NCBI RefSeq assembly: GCF_004010195.1
Contig: NC_057720.1
Location: 13,330,186-13,350,185, forward strand
Direction of reading: 5' to 3'
From: Chiloscyllium plagiosum
Lineage: Eukaryota
Length of the DNA stretch: 20,000 bases
Shown: positions 10,525-19,156 of the stretch, one piece after another
Numbering within the stretch: the first letter of the stretch is position 1
Layout: each line of letters starts with the position of its first letter
Position numbers and translations under genes: made by a program
The notes under the pieces: generated by a model
Told to the model about the DNA's origin: nothing
What the model saw: only the letters and a program-made list of their open reading frames with translations
Database searches by the model: none

Positions 10525-11363
10525 TAGTTAGGAGGCTTGTGACCAGTGGAGTGCCACAAGGATTGGTGCTGGGTCCACGGCTTTTTGTCATTTATATAAA
10601 TGATTTGGATGGGAACATAGGAGGCATAGTTAGTAAATTTGTAGTTGACACCAAAATTGGAGGTGGAGTGGACAGCGAAGGAGGTGACCTCAGAGTATAA
10701 TGGGATCTTGAACAGATGGGCCAATGGGCTGAGGAGTGGCGGATGGAATTTAATTTAGATAAATGTGAGGTGCTGCATTTTGGAAAGGCAAATCAGGGCA
10801 GGACTTATACACTTAATGGTAAGATCCTAGGGAGTGTTGCTGAACAAAGAGACCTTGGAGTGCAGGTTCATAACTCCTTGAAAGTAGAGTCGCAAGTAGG
10901 TAGGATAGTGAAGAAGGCATTTGGTATGCTTTCCTTTATTGGTCAGAGCATTGAGTACAGGAGTTGGAAGGCTGAGGGGTGACCTTATAGAGGTTTATAA
11001 AATCATGATAGGCATGGATAAGATAAGTAGACAAATTATTTTCCCTGGGGTGGGGGAGTCCACAACATGAAGGCATAGGTTTAGGGTAAGAGGGGAATGA
11101 TATAAAAGAGACCTAAGGGGCAACGATTTCGCACAGAGGATGTACCTGTATGGAACGAGCTGCCAGAGGAAGTGGTGGAGTCTGGTACAATTACCACATT
11201 TAAGACATCTGGATGGGTATATGAATAACAAGGGTTTAAAGGGATATGGGCCAAGTACTGGCAATTGGGACAACATTAATGTAGGATATCTGGTCGGTAT
11301 GGAAGAGTAGGACTGAAGGGTCTGTTTCCATGCTGTACATCTCCATGACTCTATGACTGTATG
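10525..11363 (+). mobile_element. CR1 LINE 3' portion with an internal deletion near 10968
   Basis: VTSGVPQGLVLGPRLFVIYINDLD...SKFVVDTKIGG and MGQWAEEWRMEFNLDKCEVLHFGK...RDLGVQVH...IEYRSW, then a jump to the RLRGDLIEVYK region. Ends in an octamer-like tail ccatgactctatgactgtatg. Confidence 0.92.
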
Positions 11364-11788
11364 GATAAACCAGGGGCAGGCAAGTTTGGTGCATGTGGAA
11401 ACATTTCCCAAAGCTTGGACCTTGATTTTCCTTACAGCAAAATCCTAAAGCTGCTCAAATTCAAGAGGATTATTTTGATAAAAAATAATATGAGAAAGGG
11501 GGGAAATGGGAGATTGGCGCGAGGTAATGATTCTAGAGGTAATGAGCCAGTGCAGGTATGATTGAAGAATGGCCTCATCTTGAGCTGTATCTCTCCTGTG
11601 ACTGTGAAATAGAAAGCATTCCATTTGAGGCTGCCCTTACTCCATACCTGTCCCCACAGGTAGCCCACGCAAATCGTCGATGGCATTATTCCACCAGCTT
11701 GAACTGGGTGCAGAATAAGCTGAGGATAAATCCCAAGAGAATTAGAAGCTTCCACTTGTTAATATTCTTTCATAAATCTCTCTTGGGA

Positions 11789-11953
11789 TGTGTGTGTGTG
11801 TGTGGGGGGGGAAGAGTGTGTGGGGTGGGGTGTGTGTNNNNNNNNNNNNNNNNNNNNNNNNNNNNNNNNNNNNNNNNNNNNNNNNNNNNNNNNNNNNNNN
11901 NNNNNNNNNNNNNNNNNNNNNNNGGGGTGGTGGGGGGGGTGTGTGGGGGGGGG
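11789..11953. repeat. (GT)n/G-rich low-complexity tract containing an 86-N gap (11838-11923)
   Basis: Directly visible. Confidence 0.9.
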
Positions 11954-12049
11954 GCGTGTTTTAAGTTAATGCACAGACGATTGAAACCTTTGCAACTTTG
12001 TTTTTCGTTTTTCCTATTCATATGTTGTCTGTCTCACACACACACCCAG

Positions 12050-12076
12050 ATGGTTATAATGACTGGTGCAGACAAC
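12050..12076 (+). CDS. Candidate 27-nt in-frame microexon of an unidentified host gene
   Basis: Pyrimidine-rich tract 11997-12035, (CA)n, then ccag|ATGGTTATAATGACTGGTGCAGACAAC|gtaaga. Length is a multiple of 3; open in phase 1 (xGYNDWCRQ) and phase 0 (MVIMTGADN). Lies in non-repetitive-looking DNA. No transcript evidence. Confidence 0.4.
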
Positions 12077-12586
12077 GTAAGACTCTGTAATTGTTCAGAG
12101 ACCTAATGGAAGATGTTTTGATATCTTCCACACATGTTTTATAACATCCTTTTGAAAATGAAGTAATTGTTTGTTACTACAATTGTATTACCTCATATGC
12201 ATATTCCAATCTATTGCTTCTAACAACACAAATGTGCTGCATTTTCCTAGTGCCACGGCTGCATAAGGCCCAAGAGGGAGGGCTGCAGGAACCAAACAGC
12301 TTTCCCTGATTTTATTTCAATACAAACTAATTAACTTTCAAACTGGCCAACTGTTGTTAATACGTTATTTTTAAGCAACAGGAAAAATGGCAGAGTTGAT
12401 GTCTGTCCAATCAAGAAACAGCTGTCAGAAGTGTATCCACAGAAACACCAATTTGCATTTATAAAGCACCTTTAATGTTAAAAGGAAACCTACATCCTTT
12501 GCAAATGAGAATAGACAAGGGAAGTGGAAACAAAGTGTAGGAAAAGCAATCTATTCACCACCTACCCCCCTCCCCCCCCCCCCCAC

Positions 12587-13108
12587 TTTGACATTCAGTG
12601 CTGTTACCATCACTGAATCACCCACTATTGACATCCTTGGGGTTACCATTGACCAGTAACTCAACTTGACGTGCTGCATAAATACAATGGCAACAAGAAC
12701 AGGTCAGAGGTTAGGAATACTGCAGCACGTATTCCCCCCCGACTCTCCCAAGCCTGTCCATCATCGATAAGCCGCAAGTCAGGAGTGTGACAGAATACTC
12801 CCCGAGTTGCCTGAATGAGTGTAGCCCCAACAACACTCAAGAAGCTCTACACCATCCAGGATGAAGCAGCCCACTTGACTGGCACCACACCCACAAACAT
12901 CAACTTTCTCCAGCACCAACGCTCAGTAGCAGCAGCTTGTACCATCTACAAGACGCACCGCAGAAATTCACCAAAGATCCTCAGATAGCACCTTCCAAAC
13001 CCACGATCACTTCCATCTAGAAGGACAAGGGCAACAGTTAAATGGGAACACCGCCAGCAACAAGTTTCACTCCAAGCCATTCTCCATCCTGACTTGGAAA
13101 TAAATCAC
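12587..13108 (+). mobile_element. LINE ORF2 C-terminal fragment of a second CR1/L2-group family
   Basis: Translates LTFSAVTITESPTIDILGVTIDQ*LNLTCCINTMATRTGQRLGIL...KPQVRSVTEYSP...APTTLKKLYTIQDEAA. The LGV.ID..L.W..HI pattern is typical of post-RT LINE sequence and differs from the other CR1 copies here. Confidence 0.8.
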
Positions 13109-13289
13109 ATCAATAAAATGTTCCAAAAACTGGGTTGGCTTTACTTTTATATTCCAAAGTGATATTATGTACAATTGAGTGACCACTAAATCACTGTAAC
13201 TCTTTTTATTTTCATATTGACTACCACCAGTAATCACCTGCGTAGCCAATTAAACATTCTGGATCAGCTGTATTTTATTTGTTTGACTT

Positions 13290-13506
13290 ATTTTCCTAAT
13301 AAACCTGTTATTATGTACTTCTGGAGCAGGTGGGACTTGAACCTAGACCACAAGAAGGCCCCCTCAGTATGCTATATTATTTTTATTTAACGTATCTTTC
13401 CTAATCAACTTGTTCAGAGATGTTATTACACGCCTCCAAAGCAGCTGGATCTTGAATCCAGGCCTCAGAGGTAAGGACTCTACCACTAAGCCACACTGGG
13501 ACCCCC
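13290..13506 (-). mobile_element. Two tandem, degenerate short tRNA-derived SINE copies (~13290-13363 and ~13395-13506)
   Basis: Minus strand of the second copy has A box tggcttagtgg and B-box-like ggattcaagatcc; the first has B box ggttcaagtcc. Both share tttcctaat(a/c)aac(c/t)tgtt and similar flanking blocks. Confidence 0.65.
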
Positions 13507-13546
13507 AAAGCAATTCATTTAAGTCTTGCTTCGAAGTCAACACGTT

Positions 13547-13622
13547 TTGACAGTATGGGGATTGAACCTGCAACCTTGCTTTTCTGAGCACCACACTCTA
13601 ACCATCTGAGCTTCCAACTGAC
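13547..13622 (-). pseudogene. tRNA-Ile(AAT)-like pseudogene or SINE head
   Basis: Minus strand agctcagatggttagagtgtggtgctcagaaaagcaaggttgcaggttcaatccccatactg aligns to remembered vertebrate tRNA-Ile-AAT (AGCTCAGTTGGTTAGAGCGTGGTGCTAATAACGCCAAGGTCGCGGGTTCGATCCCCGTAC). Differences are mostly CpG transitions plus a scrambled anticodon arm. Confidence 0.7.
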
Positions 13623-13707
13623 AGGGCCTAGGTCTGCTGTCTGGAAGTTCAGGTGATGAGTTCCACCTGGACAGGCCATTGCCTGTTACCAAGGAAACTG
13701 GTGCTCA

Positions 13708-13915
13708 ATGATTTGGAGATGCCGGTGTTGGACTAGGGTGTACAAAGTTAAAAATCACACAACACCAGGTTATAGTCCAACAGGTTTAATTGGAAGCACT
13801 AGCTTTCGGAGCGATGCTCCTTCATCAGGTGGTTGTAGGTGGCAATGCTCAGAAAACTAATGCTTCCAATTAAACCTGTCAGATTATAACCTGGTGTTGT
13901 GTGGTTTTTAACTTT
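13708..13915 (-). mobile_element. Fold-back Penelope-like element fragment, second family
   Basis: 13744-13807 and 13852-13915 are 64-bp inverted repeats (6 mismatches). Unpaired tail 13708-13743. Intact hammerhead in the left arm. Same family as 17481-17691. No clear target-site duplication. Confidence 0.8.
13797..13831 (-). ncRNA. Minimal type I hammerhead ribozyme with intact core
   Basis: Minus strand reads CAC-CTGATGA-A-GGAGC-ATC-GCTCC-GAAA-G-C-T-A-GTG: stem I CAC/GTG, 5-bp stem II, loopless palindromic stem III (AGCT), CUA cleavage triplet. Predicted cut between 13800 and 13799. Confidence 0.8.
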
Positions 13916-14488
13916 CCACTGGGAGACTAATTAATAATTCTCCACGTGCCTTGTAGGGCTTATGACAGGCAGAAAGGACTTTGTGGTCCTACAATCAAAA
14001 TGTAGGGTGCTGGTTGAATATTAGCAGCAAGACCTCTTAAGTAGTAATCTCTGGAATACTCCCAGTGCCTTGTGCAAGTGAGGACAGAAATAGGAGGGTA
14101 AGGTAGTTTGACCATGTGGCTGGAAAGATGGTTCTTGAGGGAGGGCTTTAGAATTTCAGGATATTGGGAATGGTTTGCACAAAACAGAGCTAGTCATTGG
14201 GCTCCTTGTAGGGCACATGGCCAGTTCTGTCAGGGGCAGATTTAAGCTAGCATAGCACGGGTATGGGAACCAGGAGAGAATATTAGGAGATATTACCAAG
14301 GCTTACAGGTTCTGGGACAGGCATATAGCTCTAGAATGGAGTTAATAAGTAAAGCCAGACTAACAGAGAAAGTAACAATATGTATACCAGGGTTACAGTA
14401 GATGTACGTGAGTGCATGGAATATAATCAATAAAATTGGTGCATTCCAGGCACAGATTACCATGTTGGACTATGACAAAGTGGCAAGA

Positions 14489-14697
14489 AGAGAGTTATAG
14501 AGATGCACAGTGCAGAAACAGATCTTTCAGGGTAACTCATCCATGCTGACCAGGTATCCGAAATTAATCTAGTCCCATTTGCCAGCACTTGGCCCATATC
14601 CCTCTAAACCCTTCCTATTTATGTACCTATCCAGGTGCCTTTTAAATGTAATTGTACCAGCCTCCACCGCTTCCCGAGGCAGCTCATTCCATAAACA
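14489..14697 (-). mobile_element. CR1 3' end fragment
   Basis: Minus strand LWNELPREAVEAGTITFKRHLDRYINRKGLEGYGPSAGKWD* followed by the 3' UTR. Same family as 10525-11363 and 17948-18268. Confidence 0.9.
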
Positions 14698-14948
14698 CTT
14701 GGCACAAGGAAGGGCAGATCTGGGTGCTGAATATTCCTGGCTACAGGGTGACTCAGAAAAGATGAGAAAGGGAAAAAAAAACTGGAGTTGTGGTGTTTTT
14801 GATGCTGGAGAGCATTGAAGGGTGTAGTGGTATTGCTCTGTGTAGTATGTAGAACACCAGCTAGTGGGAAGAATATAGAGGAACAAATACGTAAGGACGT
14901 TGCAGAGAGGTGTAGTAGAGTAGTTATAATGGAGTCACTTAGTTACCC

Positions 14949-15239
14949 AGAACATAGAACATTACAGCGCAGTACAGGCCCTTCAGCCCTCGATGTTGCG
15001 CGACCAGTCATACCAATCTGAAGCCCATCTAACCTACACTATTCCATGTATGTCCATATGCTTGTCCAATGACGACTTAAATGTACTTAAAGTTGGTGAA
15101 TCTACTACCTTTGCAGGCAAAGCATTCCATACCCGTACTACTCTAAAGCTATGCCCCCTTGTGCTCGCCATCGCCATTCTTAGAAAAAGGCTCTCCCTGT
15201 CCACCCTATCTAACTCTCTGATTATCTTATATGTCTCTA
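14949..15239 (-). mobile_element. CR1 3' end fragment with a possible 6-bp target-site duplication
   Basis: IETYKIIRELDRVDRESLFLRMAMASTRGHSF|RVVRVWNALPAKVVDSPTLSTFKSSLDKHMD; tail agaacatagaacat on the plus strand; ttaccc at 14943-14948 and 15240-15245. Confidence 0.88.
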
Positions 15240-15787
15240 TTACCCTTATGTGGAATGGGACAGTGTCAGTGAAAGGAGCAGCAAGGGACAAGGATTCCTC
15301 GGTTGGATTCACGTAAATTTCCTCCAGCAATGTGTGTCTTGTCCATCTTGAAGGAAGATATTACCAGAACTGTGTAAATCAGGTGGGAGGTGTAGGTCCA
15401 GTGTCACTAGGGGGAACAATAAGGGACAGAGATGTTCGTATCACAAGATTAAAGATGACAGTCAAAAACATCTGGTCAATCCAGAGCAAGAAAACTTAAC
15501 TGGCAGAGAGTGGATGGGGGTGGGACAGAATGTGAATTGAACACAAAGGACTGCGGATGTTGGAAATCTGAATCTTTCTCCAGCATTCTCTGTTTCTGTT
15601 CAAGAGCAGAGCTGGACTGGATATCCTGGAACCAAGGGTTGGTTGGTAAAACAACCCGCAAATAATGAATATATCTAAGATTTGGATAGACAGGTTTTTG
15701 GTCTCTCTGGGGATATGGTAAACAGGCAGGACAGTGGGGTTGAAACGAAAGATTGACTAGGATTGCACTGACTGGTAGATTAGATGG

Positions 15788-16119
15788 GAGACAATGGCTG
15801 AGCTGTATTATTGCTAGACTATTAATCCAGACACTCAGCTAAGCTTCTGGGATATCCTGGTTCAAATCCCACCATGGTAAATGGTAGAATTTGAATTCAA
15901 TAAAGAATGCAGAATTAATAGGTTAATGATGGCATTGTCAGGAAAACCCATTGGTTCACTCATGTCCTTTAGGGAAGGAAACTGCCATCCTTACGTGGTC
16001 AGGCCTACATGTGACTCCAGGCCCACAGCAGTATGTTTGATTCTTAACTGTCCTCTGAGGGATAGGGTATGAATATTAGTCCAGCCAGAGATACCCATGC
16101 TCCATGAGTGAATGAAAAA
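15788..16119 (+). mobile_element. tRNA-derived SINE with LINE-like 3' tail
   Basis: A-box-like tggctgagctg, B box ggttcaaatcc, body ggttcactcatgtcctttagggaaggaaactgccatcc recognised as a common fish/shark SINE core, ending gagtgaatgaaaaa. Family not named. Confidence 0.75.
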
Positions 16120-16486
16120 GCAGGTTCAAGTCCTGATTGTATCTTTTATGCTCATGTATGATCTTAAAATAGCAAAACTTTGCACAGATGTCTTCATTAG
16201 TGATCAGTGTGAAGGATGAAACCTGTGGAAGGAGCAGAGTTAATGTCAGGGGAACAGACACCCTCTGGGCTGGCAGGTGTGTTGCTGTGCTGTTTTATGT
16301 TTTGCATGCAGCCTGTCACATCCCCTCTCACTAAACATTGTCTTCCTGCGCACTTCCATCGCTAGTACCTGTCAGTCGCTGAGTTACAGAGTGGTTATGT
16401 TACAGTGCAGGTGGCTGCCATTCGGCCCATCTTGTCTGCACTGGCTCTCTGAGTGAGCTTCATGATTTAATGCCATCCTCCAGCTT

Positions 16487-16666
16487 GATCTGGGTTGCAG
16501 CGGCTGTTATTCTGAACTCTAATTTCTTTATTTTTCTAATTATTTCCCCTCAGAATTTGTACTGAAGATTCTGTGTACCTAGGCACCTAAGATGGCATCA
16601 TAATTGGCAACTTGTGAACCCATGTGCGTTCATCTGACAACAAAGCTAATTCTAATTCTAATTCTA
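16487..16666 (+). mobile_element. 3' end of a non-LTR element with (CTAATT)n tail, inserted in an old minus-strand CR1 tail (~16381-16980)
   Basis: Ends catctgacaacaaag followed by (ctaatt)3cta at 16646-16666. The flanks resemble CR1 3' sequence (ccattcggcccatc; tctctctgtctacactgtcctgccctcacatgatatta). Confidence 0.55.
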
Positions 16667-17480
16667 ACTGTACGCTTTTCCTCATTACCCTGCACACTAT
16701 TTCTATTTAAATGATCATCTCATGCCCTCCCAAACACCATGATTGAACTTACCTGCACCCCACTTCCAGCCAGTACATCCCAGATCCTCACTGTGTCAAA
16801 TCATTTCTTCTCCCCTCGCTTTTACTTCATTTGGAAATCTGTGCCTTTTCTTCTTGAGCTGTTTACAGGCAGGAACCTTTTCTCTCTGTCTACACTGTCC
16901 TGCCCTCACATGATATTAAAGCTTCGATCAAACCTTTTCTTAATTTTCTCTTGTCCAAGGAACCCCGTCCCAACTCCTTGGTTGTGGTGTATTTGAAATA
17001 AACCCTCAACACCAGAACTTTAACTCACTATTTCAAAATATTTTTGTCTGCACCAGTAGGGAGACAATTTTATCATGGTCAAATTAACAAGCTTCTCTAA
17101 TACAGAACTTCAAGCACTTTTGTTGTATTCTAGCTGTGTTACAATCATAGTGACATTTCCAAGAGGATTGATACTTACTGACATTTAGGAGAATGTAATT
17201 AAGAAACGGAGCAGCCCATCACCATAACCAAATGGTCACAGGCAGCATCTAACCCCTCCTGCCACAAGAGAGTACGTTTTTTACATAAAAACAGGCTTGG
17301 GAGCCAGGGGTACATTGATGCCTTAATGGAATGTAACGTTTTCAGTTGTAAAACTATCTTCAGTACCAAGATCAGCTTTGTAGGATCAGAGTTGGGTGCT
17401 GAGCGCTACTGACCCTGCAGGACATTCTCAGCAGATGTGTTGTGATGTTGATCACTGGAACAAGCCATGTGACATTGGAA

Positions 17481-17691
17481 TAAGTTAAAAATCACACAAC
17501 GTGAGCTTATAGCCCAACAGGTTTATTTGGAAGCACCAGCCTTTGAGGTGCTGTCTCTTCATCAGGTGGTTATGATGAAGGAGCAGCGCTCAAAGGCTAG
17601 TGCTTCCAAATAAACCTGTTGGGCTATAAGCTTGTGTTGTGTGATTTTTCACTTTGCCCACCCAGGTCCAACACCAGCATCTCCACATCAA
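17481..17691 (+). mobile_element. Fold-back Penelope-like element fragment with 11-bp target-site duplication
   Basis: Arms ~17482-17564 and ~17573-17654, tail to 17691. tgacattggaa at 17470-17480 and 17692-17702. Decayed hammerheads on both strands. Confidence 0.85.
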
Positions 17692-17728
17692 TGACATTGG
17701 AACAAAGTAGTTTTGCTGTTTTTGCACG

Positions 17729-18748
17729 TATTATGGACCAGACCAGGCCCCCACATCCCTGCCCAAAGTATTGTAAGGAGAGGTGCTAGACCCTAGTTTT
17801 TATATTCTGTTTAATGGTAAGTGTAAGGTGTTGTGTTCAAAATGTGATTCGAATGGTCCACCACAAGGCTTTAATCAAAACACACTTTATTCTTACAACA
17901 AAGTTAAAATATAAAAATAAAGAAATGGCATAGTTTTAGTTCTACTGTAGAGTCATAGAGTCAAAGAGATGTATAGCAGGAAAACAGACCCTTCAGTCCA
18001 ACTCGTCCATGCCAACTAGATATTCTAAGTAATTCTAGACCCATTTGCCAGCACTTGACCCATATCTCTCTAAACCCTTCCTATTCATATACCCATCTAG
18101 ATGCCTTTCAAATTCTGTAACTGGACACCCCCACCGCAGGGAAAAGACCTTGTCTATTTACCCTATCCATGCCCCTCATGATTTTATAAACCTCTATAAG
18201 GTCACCCCTCAGCCTCCGACACTCCAGGGAAAACAGCCCCAGTCGATTCAGCCTCTCCCTACAGCTCAATCCTTAACAAGACAATGTATTATTTAGCCAC
18301 TAATCATTGACTGTTCCAATAAAGGCAACATCCCATAAGTGCACCCTTTGGCAAAAATGTACTGCAGCAAAACAGTTGTGATTCTCAGATACTGTCTCTC
18401 TCTGGTCCAGAAGAAAGAAACAATCTGATCCTTCTGATGTTTAAGAGGAGGTTTCACTGTCTGAGACTTCCCTTTGGTAGCTAGGAACTCTAGCTTTTAG
18501 TTCAATGGCCAGCAGAAACCTTATCACTAACTGTTCACATAACTAAACATCTTCCTGTGTCTGCATGAGCTCTGACCTAACCCCTCATGATTCTTTTATC
18601 TCATTTTTAAATAAAAATATCCAGGAAGATCTCAAAAGCTGTTTACCAGCAGCCTGTCTGAAGCAGACGTTTTGGTTCCACTGTTACAACACCTCTTTGC
18701 ATGAGAAACAGGACAGAATGCATCTCTCTTAAAGGCACAGTGCCATCA
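17729..18748 (-). mobile_element. Solo LTR related to 8441-9034, opposite orientation, interrupted by CR1
   Basis: Start tattatggaccagaccagg resembles the reverse complement of the first LTR's end (tgttatggactaggccaga). AATAAA on the minus strand at 17886-17891. Flanks tgcacg (17723-17728) and tgcact (18749-18754). Right end uncertain by about 2 nt. Confidence 0.6.
17948..18268 (-). mobile_element. CR1 3' end fragment with internal deletion
   Basis: Plus strand starts with the octamer tail tagagtcatagagtcaaagag; tcatgattttataaacctctataaggtcacccctcagcctccg is the reverse complement of RRLRGDLIEVYKIM. Confidence 0.9.
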
Positions 18749-18809
18749 TGCACTACCTAAGCTTGGAGCTCAAGAATTATTTTGACCCCATCAGTGATGT
18801 TCAAGTCAA

Positions 18810-19050
18810 AAGACCCACTTCATTCTCCAAGCTGAAGTTTCTCATCCTTGGAATGATTGTCCTAAACCTCTTTTGCCATCTCTCCAGTGTGGCAAGGTCC
18901 TTCCTTAAGTGTGGCACCCAGCGCTGTCAGCAATACTCCGGCTGAAGGTGAACTAGTCTCTTAACCTTTATAGATATGTCAAGATCAGCAGAACGTTCCT
19001 GTTCTTGTACTCTATGACCCTATGAATGAATCCTAGGATACTCTGTACCT
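18810..19050 (-). mobile_element. Old CR1 ORF2 fragment
   Basis: Minus strand ILGFIHRVIEYKNRNVLL...EYC*QRWVPHLRKDLATLERWQKRFRTIIPRMR. Confidence 0.75.
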
Positions 19051-19110
19051 GCCTATGTGAGGGTGTACAGCATTGCTGAGGTGGATCATCTTACTCTCTA
19101 TGTCTGACTC

Positions 19111-19156
19111 AGTCCTGAAGACATGGATCAGTTACACCCGAAACGCGACTTCTCCA
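19111..19156 (+). mobile_element. Penelope-like terminal fragment with disrupted hammerhead, leading into the minisatellite
   Basis: AGTC-CTGAAGA (19115-19121)-catggatcagttacaccc-GAAA (19140-19143)-CGC-GACT. Stem I AGTC/GACT is kept, stem II is broken and the U of the cleavage triplet is missing. Homologous to 7436-7480 on the minus strand. Confidence 0.7.

Larger units (their letters stand above)
14035..15470 (+). mobile_element. Old CR1 5' relic (ORF1 SGNH esterase end and ORF2 APE endonuclease start), interrupted by two younger CR1 tails
   Basis: VVISGILPVPCASEDRNRR (ORF1), then MYVSAWNIINKIGAFQAQITMLDYDKVA | TWHKEGQIWVLNIPGYR ... GKNIEEQI ... RVVIMESLSYP | NFLQQCV (endonuclease), colinear across the insertions. 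Confidence 0.75.

Noticed and set aside
10716..10982. RT-like ORFs here and at 9158-9418, 14569-14886 and 15034-15330 as genes
   Set aside because: Open stretches of broken CR1 ORF2, bounded by stops, frameshifts and deletions.
11558..12106. Longest ORF (182 aa)
   Set aside because: It runs through an N gap and GT/G low-complexity sequence and has no recognisable domain.
15545..15600. Collapsed PLE-like remnant (also ~3260-3300)
   Set aside because: Too short and decayed to delimit; no hammerhead or target-site duplication visible.
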